Of a stretch of DNA of 64,000 bases, positions 19,051-28,746 are shown one piece after another. Both the position numbers and the translations under genes were made by a program. Source of the DNA: a virus. The notes beneath the pieces were generated by a model. It worked only from the letters and a program-made list of their open reading frames with translations. It ran no database searches and was not told the DNA's origin. The DNA is taken from IMG/VR virus record IMGVR_UViG_3300047496_000172, positions 32,001 through 96,000 of that record; one strand, given 5' to 3'. Each line of letters opens with the position of its first letter. Positions within the stretch are counted from its first letter, which is position 1.

Positions 19051-19442
19051 TCGAAGTAAAAGTTCTGGTAGGATTGCCTGGATCGGGTAAATCTTACTAT
19101 GCCAACACGATTGTTGATGCTGAGACAACCATCATTGATGATTTGAATAGAAATCTGACGGCATTAGAAGAATTCAAAAATAATCCTACGTCAAAATTGA
19201 TCATTACTGATCCCTCAGCTTCACTATCATCTCCTGATAAAATAAAAGAAAAGGTTATTCAATGGCTCGGTGAAGATGCGACAGTTGATATCTTCGCATT
19301 TGAAAATGATTTAGAAGCTTGCTGGGCTAATGTCGTTCGGCGAAATGATGGTCGGATCATATCTAAACCCTACATGAAATCGTTGAGTAAGTTTTACGAT
19401 CCAGCCATATTTGATAAAATTTTACCTGTTTATCGACCTTAA
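19047..19442 (+). CDS. P-loop kinase (AAA_33/PNK-like)
   Basis: VGLPGSGKS Walker A; C...V.RR lid. Confidence 0.7.
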   Translation: MIEVKVLVGLPGSGKSYYANTIVDAETTIIDDLNRNLTALEEFKNNPTSKLIITDPSASLSSPDKIKEKVIQWLGEDATVDIFAFENDLEACWANVVRRNDGRIISKPYMKSLSKFYDPAIFDKILPVYRP

Positions 19443-20200
19443 AGTTTGATCAATCCATTTAATGTTACTATATTAGTAGCCGAAGCGGGGTCTGTCCCAA
19501 ATACTATTTGGTTATAACCACCAAACCCAAGAAATCCACTAGATTTAGCGACGCTATAATATGGTAAAAAATTAATACCATCTCCTGGCCATCCTATGTA
19601 TATATTTGTTCCATTATCATGAAGTTGATACCAAGTTGGAACATACATAAAATCGCCACCTGTTGCCAAATCATATGAATTTAGACTTGTAGGATTATCG
19701 TATTTTTTATGAACTACTCGATTGTTAGTTTGTGGGGCGATACCTTCTATTTTACCGGAAACACTGTCACACCATCCAATCATCATTAGCGGACCACCAT
19801 CACCACTGGTGCTAATAAAATTCACAAGAAAATTGACTGTATAAGGTGGAGTTGGTGCTGTCATAGCTAATAAATGTAATCCATCATTAGAATTTCCTAT
19901 TATGCTTACACCAGGAAGACCCGCAGTAGCATTTGCGGTAGATTGGTTTATCCAGCCTATATCAAAAGTAGCAAGATTAGGAACAGGAATGCCAGCAGCA
20001 ACGTTTGCTATTGCGGCATTGGTATAACTTTCAGAAGTAGCAATAGCATAAGTCACTTGAGTATTAGTATAGTTGGTTGCTGCCAAATTTATTTGATCAG
20101 GCGTGATTTTCACATTCACGCCGCCTTGGACACCAGCCAAGTATTCACCACCGCCTAGAGTTGATGCATTCGCAAATGCTGAAATTTTTGTGTTAGCCAT
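19439..20200 (-). CDS. Fibre-like virion protein with lectin-like C-domain
   Basis: MANTKISAF N-terminus; shares NYTNTQVTYAI.TSE.YTN and YSVAKSSG with 56934..58727. Confidence 0.65.
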   Translation of the reverse strand: MANTKISAFANASTLGGGEYLAGVQGGVNVKITPDQINLAATNYTNTQVTYAIATSESYTNAAIANVAAGIPVPNLATFDIGWINQSTANATAGLPGVSIIGNSNDGLHLLAMTAPTPPYTVNFLVNFISTSGDGGPLMMIGWCDSVSGKIEGIAPQTNNRVVHKKYDNPTSLNSYDLATGGDFMYVPTWYQLHDNGTNIYIGWPGDGINFLPYYSVAKSSGFLGFGGYNQIVFGTDPASATNIVTLNGLIKL

Positions 20201-20964
20201 TATGTTACCTCTAATTCAATATATCCAGAACCATCTTCAAGTTCATATTCGCCACTACCATCCTCCAATTCCATTCCAAATGATTCTAAGCTTGGAGCAA
20301 TAGGAGTCCCATACAATCCTATATTTACCTTCCTCAAAAATAAATTAACATCTGAAACGGTATTGTTGGTGACACCCAACATGTAATACGGTCCATCTTT
20401 GTCTTGACTCAATGCACTAATTGAAAAAGTTAAACTATCGACATCGATGATGGTATTCTGAGTATCTTGAATAACGGTTGAATTTCCTGCGGCCATTACT
20501 TGAACAACACCGGATTTTGTTGGTGAACTACCATCTATGTAAAAACCATGATATTCAAATTTTGCAGAAATTATATTTCCATCTAAACGAGTTGGAATGG
20601 CAAGAGTGTTACTATAATCTGAAAAAAGAATAGGACCACTATACAAACCCGGAATAACCGTAGGGACGAAGAAATCGTTTCTATTTTGATCCATATAAAA
20701 TTGATTAAATAGTTGCTGATTTACTGGACTTGCTTCGGTCAAAACTTCAATATTTTGATACGGAAAAGTCGTTCTCTGATAGTTTATATCTCCAACATTT
20801 GGAGTATGGCCTATAAACATTCTACCAGTGTCGGTCGAAAATGCAGGCTCTCCGACCGCCAAGGGTTTATTAAAAACGGGTGGAGAGGTTGAAATGGGTG
20901 AGCCAGGAAGTAAACTCTCTTTACCTCTTCTGAATTTTATTTTTCCAACCAAAATTATAGACAT
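20200..20964 (-). CDS. Virion structural protein (fibre-anchor-like family)
   Basis: KFRRG...LAVGEPAFSTDTGRMFIGH; late box 4 nt upstream. Confidence 0.7.
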   Translation of the reverse strand: MSIILVGKIKFRRGKESLLPGSPISTSPPVFNKPLAVGEPAFSTDTGRMFIGHTPNVGDINYQRTTFPYQNIEVLTEASPVNQQLFNQFYMDQNRNDFFVPTVIPGLYSGPILFSDYSNTLAIPTRLDGNIISAKFEYHGFYIDGSSPTKSGVVQVMAAGNSTVIQDTQNTIIDVDSLTFSISALSQDKDGPYYMLGVTNNTVSDVNLFLRKVNIGLYGTPIAPSLESFGMELEDGSGEYELEDGSGYIELEVT

Positions 20965-21011
20965 AGTGTATTTATGATTGTTTAAATTTTATCATTAAAT
21001 ATAGAGGTAGT

Positions 21012-22040
21012 TCACGATATTACTATTCGTCTCATATATAGACTTATGTTGTTTAAAGTTAAATTTAAGATGTTCAACATATAATATGTGCCGCCTCCAT
21101 CAGATTGAGCAGAACCTACTGAAAATTGTAAACTCGTGCTTCCATTCAATAAATTAAAGTCAGATACAGAACTTTGATCGTATTGATTGGCTAAAATTCG
21201 TAAAGTGCCATTTTCCAATGGTGAATATGTCGAGCCTATAACTTTGAAAGCATGGTATTCGAATGCGGCAGAAACATTCGCTCCATAAATTTTGGAAGGA
21301 ATAACTGGAATATCTGTTACATCGGAATATGTTATTGGGCCATTATAGTTTCCAGTTATTACAGTTGGAGGGAAAAAGGCATCTTGATTTTGATTTCTTA
21401 CGAAATGATCGAATAATTCCTTCATTCTTGGAGAAGTCTCGGTCAAAACTTCTATATTTTGATATGGAAAAACAAGACGATGATAATCTACATCGCCGGG
21501 TTTAGGGGTATGACCTATAAGGACTCGACTGGTATCCGTGGTGAAAGCCAATTCCCCGACATCCAAACTTTTTGGGAAAACTATTGGAGGAAATCCCTTT
21601 GGAACTCCTGGTAATTCTGCCTCGGTTCCTCTGCGAAATTGAGTTGATTTTACCGTAATTTGATTGGCGACGATGTTGTTTACGACTTGTGATATACCTG
21701 AACCAAAAACCGTAGAAACTCCGTGAGATGATCCTACTCCGGAATCATGAATAACAGTAGCATTAGCATCTCCTGATGCTACAGCAACACCATTACTTGT
21801 TCCATTAGCAAATTGATAGGTATTTAAAATTACATAAGCAACAACTTTTGAAATTCTTGTGAAGTCAGGTTGAAATCCGGTTGCAACATAGCCAACAGAT
21901 TTATAAACGTGAATTTGTTCGTTATTACCATCAGGCGTAGTTACGGTATACCCTACAACTTTAGGGACTGTTAAAGTATTTGATTGCGCTCCTTGGGCAG
22001 CATAACTTACTATTTTTGATGTTGAAATATAATCTACCAC
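21012..22040 (-). CDS. Virion structural protein, paralog of 20200..20964 with N-terminal extension
   Basis: QFRRG...LDVGELAFTTDTSRVLIGH...FPYQNIEVLTE. Confidence 0.7.
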   Translation of the reverse strand: MVDYISTSKIVSYAAQGAQSNTLTVPKVVGYTVTTPDGNNEQIHVYKSVGYVATGFQPDFTRISKVVAYVILNTYQFANGTSNGVAVASGDANATVIHDSGVGSSHGVSTVFGSGISQVVNNIVANQITVKSTQFRRGTEAELPGVPKGFPPIVFPKSLDVGELAFTTDTSRVLIGHTPKPGDVDYHRLVFPYQNIEVLTETSPRMKELFDHFVRNQNQDAFFPPTVITGNYNGPITYSDVTDIPVIPSKIYGANVSAAFEYHAFKVIGSTYSPLENGTLRILANQYDQSSVSDFNLLNGSTSLQFSVGSAQSDGGGTYYMLNILNLTLNNISLYMRRIVIS

Positions 22041-22049
22041 AATAATCCT

Positions 22050-22268
22050 TTAAGCTATGCTTTTTACTCCATATAATCCAGCAAGATCATCAGCTTGCCA
22101 AGCTACATTGGTATTTGGATTAATATTCCATACATTTTCTGTTGCTCTATAATCAGAACCTAAAGGAACAGAATTAGAAGTATATTCTGTTCCACCTTCG
22201 TAAATAGTATTATCAGATGGAACAAATGCTCCCATTTCACCGCCAGCAAAAATTATTGTATTAGGCAT
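22050..22268 (-). pseudogene. Internally deleted copy of 22287..23267 (possible mini-gene)
   Basis: MPNTIIFAG.EMG.FVPSD fused in-frame to GGTEYTSNSV...NVWNINPNTNVAWQA.DLAGLY. Confidence 0.7.
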
Positions 22269-22286
22269 ATATTCCTTTCTTTCCTT

Positions 22287-23267
22287 TTAGGCGACACTTA
22301 CTACGCCATAATATAATCCAGCAAGATCAGAAGCTTGCCAAGCTACATTAGTATTTGGATTAATATTCCAAACATTTCCATTAGCTCTAAAATCAGTTCC
22401 TAAATCTACAGAATTTGAAGTATATTCTGTTCCTCCAACATTTAATTCTAATTGAAGATGCTGTGGACCATCTACACCACAACTTGCTCTTGCCGTGACA
22501 GCCACGGCGATTATCTCACCATTCACTGACCCAGGTTGAGAAAAATTAGAAGTCAATCCTGCGGTATTTGCGGAAATATAATTAGTATCATTGTAACTAA
22601 TTTCATTTACATCAGTATAAGTTCCATTCCATTGATCTGTTAAGCCATTAGCTGTAATAGGAATAGTGGATAATTTATAGCCAATCGTAGATTGTGTTGC
22701 TATTATAAGTTGGCTCCATTCTATCCACTGCCAATAACCGTCCTGAGGAACACCGTAAAGAAATATTTTAGATATGTTTGTTCCCGTAATATTAGCGGTA
22801 TCGGTAGTCAGCAATGTTCCTTGAGAATAGAAAGAAGCCGCGCCGCTTGAACCCAGAGTTATATGGAAATCAAAATTTCCGCGACCAATTCCACGTTTAT
22901 ATGCTACATAACAAGAAGAACCAATTTGCACCCAAGATGATCCATTCCACCAAAACATCGCGATATAACTAAAAGAATCTGTATTAATAGCAAATACTGG
23001 ATTGTCAGAATCATCAACAAAAACTAGAGAATTTACGTTACTGCCGCCGCCCTGGACTGATACGGATAATTCACAATGAAACCAAAAATCTGTTAAATTT
23101 TCAAATTTATATGAACGTAAAAATGATGATGTGGCACCTTGTAGCCGCAATGCACATCTTGCATACGCGCTATCATAGCTAGCATCTGAAACCGCTTCAT
23201 ATGAACTGCTATCAGATGGAACGAAATTTCCCATTTCAGCACCGGCAAATATTATTGTATTAGGCAT
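22287..23267 (-). CDS. Virion beta-rich (lectin-like) protein
   Basis: Ser/Gly/Asn-rich beta protein; ATAAATA and GGAG upstream. Confidence 0.7.
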   Translation of the reverse strand: MPNTIIFAGAEMGNFVPSDSSSYEAVSDASYDSAYARCALRLQGATSSFLRSYKFENLTDFWFHCELSVSVQGGGSNVNSLVFVDDSDNPVFAINTDSFSYIAMFWWNGSSWVQIGSSCYVAYKRGIGRGNFDFHITLGSSGAASFYSQGTLLTTDTANITGTNISKIFLYGVPQDGYWQWIEWSQLIIATQSTIGYKLSTIPITANGLTDQWNGTYTDVNEISYNDTNYISANTAGLTSNFSQPGSVNGEIIAVAVTARASCGVDGPQHLQLELNVGGTEYTSNSVDLGTDFRANGNVWNINPNTNVAWQASDLAGLYYGVVSVA

Positions 23268-23320
23268 ATCACAACTCCATTAATAGTGTGTTATGTATTT
23301 ATGTGTATCTCTACAATTTA

Positions 23321-23440
23321 TTAGGATACTGTTGGCGTGGTAATTATAGTTTTACGCATAAAAATAATTACAGTATTTCCATTATTTGAAACGTTTATGT
23401 TGAAATATTGATCATATATTCCTTCTATATATGAAGGTTT
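23321..23440 (-). pseudogene. Orphan C-terminal remnant homologous to 5171..5293
   Basis: Translates KPSYIEGIYDQYFNINVSNNGNTVIIFMRKTIITTPTVS*; no start codon. Confidence 0.7.
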
Positions 23441-23543
23441 ACTACATCAATCCAATTTGCCAGAAGCCCATAATATAGACGTCAAAACCATCCATCATAA
23501 CTATAGCCATAATAATACTCCAAAAATATAAGGTATTTATCCG

Positions 23544-24644
23544 TTATAATGGAGGCGCGGAATCAGCGTTTGGTATAGATGCGTTAGAATAATAGGTTGG
23601 GTTTGTATTACCATCAACATAGGGATATATTGCTAATAGTTGATAATATGATCCTTCTAAATTATTACCGGCTGTCGTATTAAAATCTGGCGTTTGTTCA
23701 GGTAGAATTTGAAATTGAAACAAAGATGAAATAGGATCGCTTGGTCCCCAATTTACGGGGGTTGCACCGTTTACGGAAAAAAATGTGTCTCCTGTAGTAG
23801 AATTATATCCTAAAACAGTTCTAAAAACGGTTGTATTGGCTACTGATTGTGGATTGAAACCATTTCTAGTTAATCGAAAGGATGCAAGACAATTACCTTG
23901 AGACGATCTTCCTTGAGAGGTTATGACTAGATTATTACCGCCTCCCATAAATAAATCCCATTCAGCCGTGTTAGAATAATCAGGTCCACCAAACCATTGA
24001 TTATTGGTTATTTGGCAAACAAGCGTAAAACTACAATTTAACATGTATTCGGTTATAAAATCTTGTAAAAGAGTAGTTCCTAATATACCATTACCTTCGA
24101 AATTAACATCTGCTAATGTTCCTGATGGATTTAATACTGCGGCACCAATAGCAAAACCATTTGCGGTTTCTGAAAGATTCCATGTTGTCTGATTTCCACC
24201 ATAAAATCCAGAATTAGCGACAGGTGGTATAAAGAAATCGCTCATTGCATAAGTAGAACCATTAGCGGTATATACTCTGGATACTGAATTACAATAAAGT
24301 TCAGGCTCTATGGTTGGCGGCCCTGGTGGAGAAGGGGATGCCCCATCTATGAAAATTGGATTATAAAAAGCCGTGCGATCTTGATTTCTTACTTGCTGAC
24401 TAAAAATTTCTCTATTTCTTGGAGAAACTTCGGTAAGAATTTCGATTGCGGTTTGTGGAAATCGATCTCTATCAAAGTTTATATTGCCTGAGGAAGGATC
24501 GTGACCAATAACCAATCTTGCGGTATCGGTGGAAAACGCCATTTCACTTGAATTCAAAGAAGTAGTGACGACATTTGCTTGAACATCACTTTTCAATTTT
24601 ATTCTATTTGTTGAAATAATCATCGAGCCATTCCCTTGTTTCAT
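23544..24644 (-). CDS. Virion protein with family N-domain and a replaced C-domain
   Basis: EMAFSTDTARLVIGH...IEILTEVSPR, Pro-rich linker, unrelated C-terminus. Confidence 0.7.
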   Translation of the reverse strand: MKQGNGSMIISTNRIKLKSDVQANVVTTSLNSSEMAFSTDTARLVIGHDPSSGNINFDRDRFPQTAIEILTEVSPRNREIFSQQVRNQDRTAFYNPIFIDGASPSPPGPPTIEPELYCNSVSRVYTANGSTYAMSDFFIPPVANSGFYGGNQTTWNLSETANGFAIGAAVLNPSGTLADVNFEGNGILGTTLLQDFITEYMLNCSFTLVCQITNNQWFGGPDYSNTAEWDLFMGGGNNLVITSQGRSSQGNCLASFRLTRNGFNPQSVANTTVFRTVLGYNSTTGDTFFSVNGATPVNWGPSDPISSLFQFQILPEQTPDFNTTAGNNLEGSYYQLLAIYPYVDGNTNPTYYSNASIPNADSAPPL

Positions 24645-24719
24645 ATATTTATGAAATAGCTTGACGAATGAAATTTTTGTTGTATAAATTAAAACTTGAT
24701 AAGAAGGAGACTCATATTA

Positions 24720-24977
24720 ATGTCTGAAAAGGTTGAATGGTTCGATTTGAATGACGCTCCTAAGGACGGAACATATGTTCGTCTTCGCATTTCGGCGATG
24801 ACCACGATTTTGGATGATCATCCTGGAAGATTTCATTTCAAGACAGTCAAGGCTCGGTGGAGTCCTGGCAAAAGTGTTGATCCAAATGCTCAATGGTGGT
24901 CGCCACATTGGACCAGTGTAGATGGGAGTTGCTTCTACGATCTTCCAGAAAATTGGCGACCGATGACTTCGGCTTGA
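24720..24977 (+). CDS. Hypothetical protein (W....APKDGT-type)
   Basis: AAGGAG SD; EWFDLNDAPKDGT...PENWRPM. Confidence 0.6.
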   Translation: MSEKVEWFDLNDAPKDGTYVRLRISAMTTILDDHPGRFHFKTVKARWSPGKSVDPNAQWWSPHWTSVDGSCFYDLPENWRPMTSA

Positions 24978-25034
24978 CAGCCTTTATATTTGTGATAAAG
25001 TAGTTTCATAAATTAGAGCATAAGGAGTTAAACT

Positions 25035-25604
25035 ATGAAGGCGAAGATCGAACGAACCGTTTCTCCCGAATATAGCCATCGCCAGACCGAATATCGCGGT
25101 TTTGGGATCGTTCCTAAGAATGATTTCGGCCAAAGTGGATATCTTGTTCATGGTCATATGGTCACCGAAGGCTATATCGTGACGGAAAATGGTTGTAATG
25201 CCCTTCCAGGCGCCATGTGGGTGCTGACGGTCCAACAAGCCAAGGATGCGATTGATGATTTGCTCAAGGCTCGCGAAGATGGCAATAGCGGAAGTGAACA
25301 TCCTTTCCATAAGCGAAATCGCCTTCGCCGTTCGCTGAACAGTCGTTCGCTCGAACTGTTTGAAGCGGTCATCCATCATCTGGAAGAAACCTATGATGCG
25401 ACTGGTGGCCCTTCTCCGGAACTGGCCAAGGTTCTTCTTGGAATCATCGATGATTGCGATACGCGCACCACGATTACTCGGCGGATTGGGGAGTATGATC
25501 CGCAAATGATTGATATTTTCGCTCAGTATGGTCTCACTGGTTATCCGAGTTTGGGCGAAGGTCTTCGTTTTCTTAAAATTGATAACAATGGCGATGGAGA
25601 ATAA
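25035..25604 (+). CDS. Hypothetical protein
   Basis: TTGACA promoter and AAGGAG SD upstream. Confidence 0.65.
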   Translation: MKAKIERTVSPEYSHRQTEYRGFGIVPKNDFGQSGYLVHGHMVTEGYIVTENGCNALPGAMWVLTVQQAKDAIDDLLKAREDGNSGSEHPFHKRNRLRRSLNSRSLELFEAVIHHLEETYDATGGPSPELAKVLLGIIDDCDTRTTITRRIGEYDPQMIDIFAQYGLTGYPSLGEGLRFLKIDNNGDGE

Positions 25605-25606
25605 AT

Positions 25607-25891
25607 ATGGCCACTCCTAAGGGTATTCTCGTCATTCTTATTGATCCTGAAGGTAAAGTTTGGGGTAAAGGCGCGGACTTTGACACCTTTAAGGGTGGAG
25701 ATTCGAACCTTAAGACGGCTCAAGAAAGACGTGCCAATATAGCGTTGGCTAAGGATTTTTTCCACAACACTTGTTCGCCTGTTGTCGGGGATATTCTTGC
25801 GAACGATTTTCAAGGATCGCAAATCATTCGGAGAATTCTGGAAAAGGGTTGGCGACTGGACACTACGGAGATTGGTTATGAGGAGAATTAA
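25607..25891 (+). CDS. Hypothetical protein
   Basis: GGAG SD; in operon. Confidence 0.6.
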   Translation: MATPKGILVILIDPEGKVWGKGADFDTFKGGDSNLKTAQERRANIALAKDFFHNTCSPVVGDILANDFQGSQIIRRILEKGWRLDTTEIGYEEN

Positions 25892-26185
25892 AAATGATGT
25901 ATGATGATTTGCCGGATGTACCGGATTTATTTTTTGTAAGTTTTGAAAATGATGATCCAGACATTGGATTTTTCCTTCAATTTTTTGGTGAAACGGCTGA
26001 TGCAACGTTGGATGGTATTTCGTTCATGGTTGATGCTGAAAAATTGATGGCATCATTTTAGTAAACGAAGATAATTGACACAAAAATATTTTAAATTTAT
26101 GATCTGAATCTAACGAAAGGGATTTTATGAAAACGTTCGGATATTTTATGGTAGTCACTCTTATTATTGCGGCAATTCCACAATA

Positions 26186-26515
26186 ATGGACGCTTTGCGT
26201 AAAGCGGCACTTCTGACCCTAGAAGGGTTGGATGTGCCGAATACAAAGCAATATACTAATATTGCTGGTTATGATATTCAAATTAGAACTGAATGGGCCT
26301 TCACTAATCTTGTTTGGATGAAACAAACATGTATAGATAATATTGAAACTTTTCCAATTGATAAAATAAATCGTTGGATTGGTTTCATACAAGGTGCCCT
26401 TGCTGCTCAAGGTATGCTTAATGTGTCCCAAGAGCGAGATCGCACTCGACCATTTTTTCATGCAGCGTATAAAGAATTGGAAATAAATATTCCAGATACC
26501 TTGACTAAACCTTAG
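26186..26515 (+). CDS. Conserved phage hypothetical protein
   Basis: DKINRWIGFIQG...ERDRTRPFFH motif. Confidence 0.6.
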   Translation: MDALRKAALLTLEGLDVPNTKQYTNIAGYDIQIRTEWAFTNLVWMKQTCIDNIETFPIDKINRWIGFIQGALAAQGMLNVSQERDRTRPFFHAAYKELEINIPDTLTKP

Positions 26516-26882
26516 CTTATGTTAATATAAGTTTCCTATCCATTTGAGAGGAAATAATATGTTAAAATTTGGTAAGCGATAATGGAACAGTCAGATATGC
26601 TCGCGAAATATAAACGCGAAAAAGAATCGGCTTATCGCAATTTTCGTCTTAATAAACGGTTCATGGCATTTGATATGATAAAAATGAAAGGCGAACGATA
26701 ATTCGTCAGTGGTTCAGAGATCGATTGAAAAATCTAAAAACTGCTTGACTTAACCTGATTTTTTTCGTAGATAAAAGAGGCCGGTCTTATGACTTAACAG
26801 AGACCTAAAATAAGTTAGTCCGGTTTTCCAAGGGTTCCGAGAAACCCGATGCTGTTGTTAGAAATAGTAACCATTCTTAAAA

Positions 26883-26913
26883 AAGCCCTCGACGTTGCCA
26901 ACGTCGAGGGCTT
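26883..26913. terminator. Strong inverted repeat / terminator
   Basis: AAGCCCTCGACGTTG-c-CAACGTCGAGGGCTT, with an A run on the left. Confidence 0.65.
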
Positions 26914-26962
26914 GACTATAATTAAATGTCAATTATAATGATCATAATAAAGGAGATTTATT

Positions 26963-27580
26963 ATGAAATTTGAAAAACAACTTCTTGTTCTGCGCTCACA
27001 CCTTATCGGAGCCAAATATTATAATGCTTTGTCCGCAATGGAATTCGCGGCGAAATATCACACTGGTATGCGTAAAGATGGTGTGACTCATGAATTTTCA
27101 CACCAAACGAGCATCGCCCTTCATGCGCTGACCCTTCCCGATCTCATGTTCCGCGAAGAAGTCATCGCGACGATTTTCCTGCATGATGTGCGTGAAGATT
27201 ACGGGATCACAGACACCGAAGTTCGAAACCTCTTCAATGATGAAAAGTTCGCAGAGCGTGTTGCTCAAGCTGTTGAACGGATGACTAAAGAATTCCGTGG
27301 TGTGAAATGTGATGAAGAAGAACTCTTCGCCATCATGGCTACCGATCCTATTGCCAGTATCGCCAAAGGTTGCGACAGAGTCCACAACTTCCAATCAATG
27401 GTTGGTGTGTTCACGAAGACCAAGCAACAGTCTTATATTGCGGAATGTAAGGCTCTTTTCTTCCCGATGCTTAAGACTGCTCGTAGAAACTTTCCACACC
27501 AAGTCATGGCTTATGAAAATATCAAGCATACTCTTCGAAGCCAAATCGAACTGATTGAAGCTATGCATGAGCATATGTAA
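26963..27580 (+). CDS. HD-domain RelA/SpoT-type hydrolase (small alarmone hydrolase-like)
   Basis: FAAKYH.G.RKDG....H, LHDVREDY, K..DRVHN. Confidence 0.8.
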   Translation: MKFEKQLLVLRSHLIGAKYYNALSAMEFAAKYHTGMRKDGVTHEFSHQTSIALHALTLPDLMFREEVIATIFLHDVREDYGITDTEVRNLFNDEKFAERVAQAVERMTKEFRGVKCDEEELFAIMATDPIASIAKGCDRVHNFQSMVGVFTKTKQQSYIAECKALFFPMLKTARRNFPHQVMAYENIKHTLRSQIELIEAMHEHM

Positions 27581-27867
27581 TGAAAATAATGTTAGAACTC
27601 AGAATGAATAGAATCAATGTTGCGTTCGGTAACGGCAAATATTTACCTAATGGGTTGCCATTTGTTTTTAGTATAGAAGCTGATATTTTGGAAGTATTGC
27701 CTTGGCTTGTGGAACATGCTGGCCAAGAATTTCATACCCACGCTGCTTTTGAAGAGCGCGGATGGAGAATGCATTGGGTCGATTATGGAAAGGATCATGG
27801 TTATAATGCGCTATATTTTACACATGATGTTGATCTAATTCATTTTAAGATGCGATGGGTAGGTTAA
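27580..27867 (+). CDS. Small protein, 'FKMRW' family
   Basis: PWLVEHAG...W...YFTHDVDLIHFKMRW. Confidence 0.65.
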   Translation: MKIMLELRMNRINVAFGNGKYLPNGLPFVFSIEADILEVLPWLVEHAGQEFHTHAAFEERGWRMHWVDYGKDHGYNALYFTHDVDLIHFKMRWVG

Positions 27868-27936
27868 AAAATAATAGATTGACAAACTAAAAAAATTTGT
27901 TATACCAATTTTATCATTAGAACTTAACCAAAGGAT

Positions 27937-28710
27937 ATGAATATGGGTTTTTTCAGTGCGCTTCTGGGTGCAGAAGCGAAGCATGCTGTGCGAGCCGTAA
28001 GTGATCAGATCGTAGCGATGGACCCTTCGACAGCTTCGGCGGCCCAATTGCAAACGATGGAACAAGACCTTGATCGGGTCGGCAGGGAACTGGCCAAGTT
28101 CCAAGCGGAAGCTCTCCGCGAAAATGGCGAAGTCATTAAGATTCAAACTCAATATGATCGTCTTGTAGCCGCCGCCGCAAAGATGACTGCGGATTATGAC
28201 GCGGAAACAGATGAAACTCGCAAGACAGGTTTGGGCATGAGCCTTTCGGGCCTCATGGAAACCTGCGAAAAGCTAAAGTCCGATCTTGCTACGGAAGCCC
28301 AACACAAGGCGGATGCTGACGCTCTGGTTGCTGAAACTGAATCGATCTACAAGGCCAAGGGCGCCGATGTTCTCACCGCCAGAAAGAACCTTGAAAGTGC
28401 GGCACGCGATATGGCCCGCGCTCAAGTTGAGAAGGAACATACCGGTATGATGGCGGAAAATGCCGCGCGTGTTGCCGGTCTTCGAAATAACGAAATCGAC
28501 GGTCTGCATGGTGCGCTCGATGCCATGGCCCGCAAGACGGCGGACGCTAAGGCGGTGGCGGAAGCCAATCGTCTCAAGGTCCAAGTATTGTCACATGTTG
28601 ACGCTGGTAGCGTTGACGACCCCAACGTGAAAGCGGCCTTGGCTGCTGTCTCGGGTGCTCCCAGCACGCAATCCTTTGCGGATCGTCTGGCTGCGCTGAA
28701 GTCCAAGTAA
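27937..28710 (+). CDS. PspA/IM30-like coiled-coil protein
   Basis: MGFFSALL amphipathic start, DP motif, long coiled coil, DRLAALK end; context with DUF1190 and GspS genes. Confidence 0.6.
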   Translation: MNMGFFSALLGAEAKHAVRAVSDQIVAMDPSTASAAQLQTMEQDLDRVGRELAKFQAEALRENGEVIKIQTQYDRLVAAAAKMTADYDAETDETRKTGLGMSLSGLMETCEKLKSDLATEAQHKADADALVAETESIYKAKGADVLTARKNLESAARDMARAQVEKEHTGMMAENAARVAGLRNNEIDGLHGALDAMARKTADAKAVAEANRLKVQVLSHVDAGSVDDPNVKAALAAVSGAPSTQSFADRLAALKSK

Positions 28711-28746
28711 ACCATCATCACTTAACAGAAAAGGAATTACATTAAA

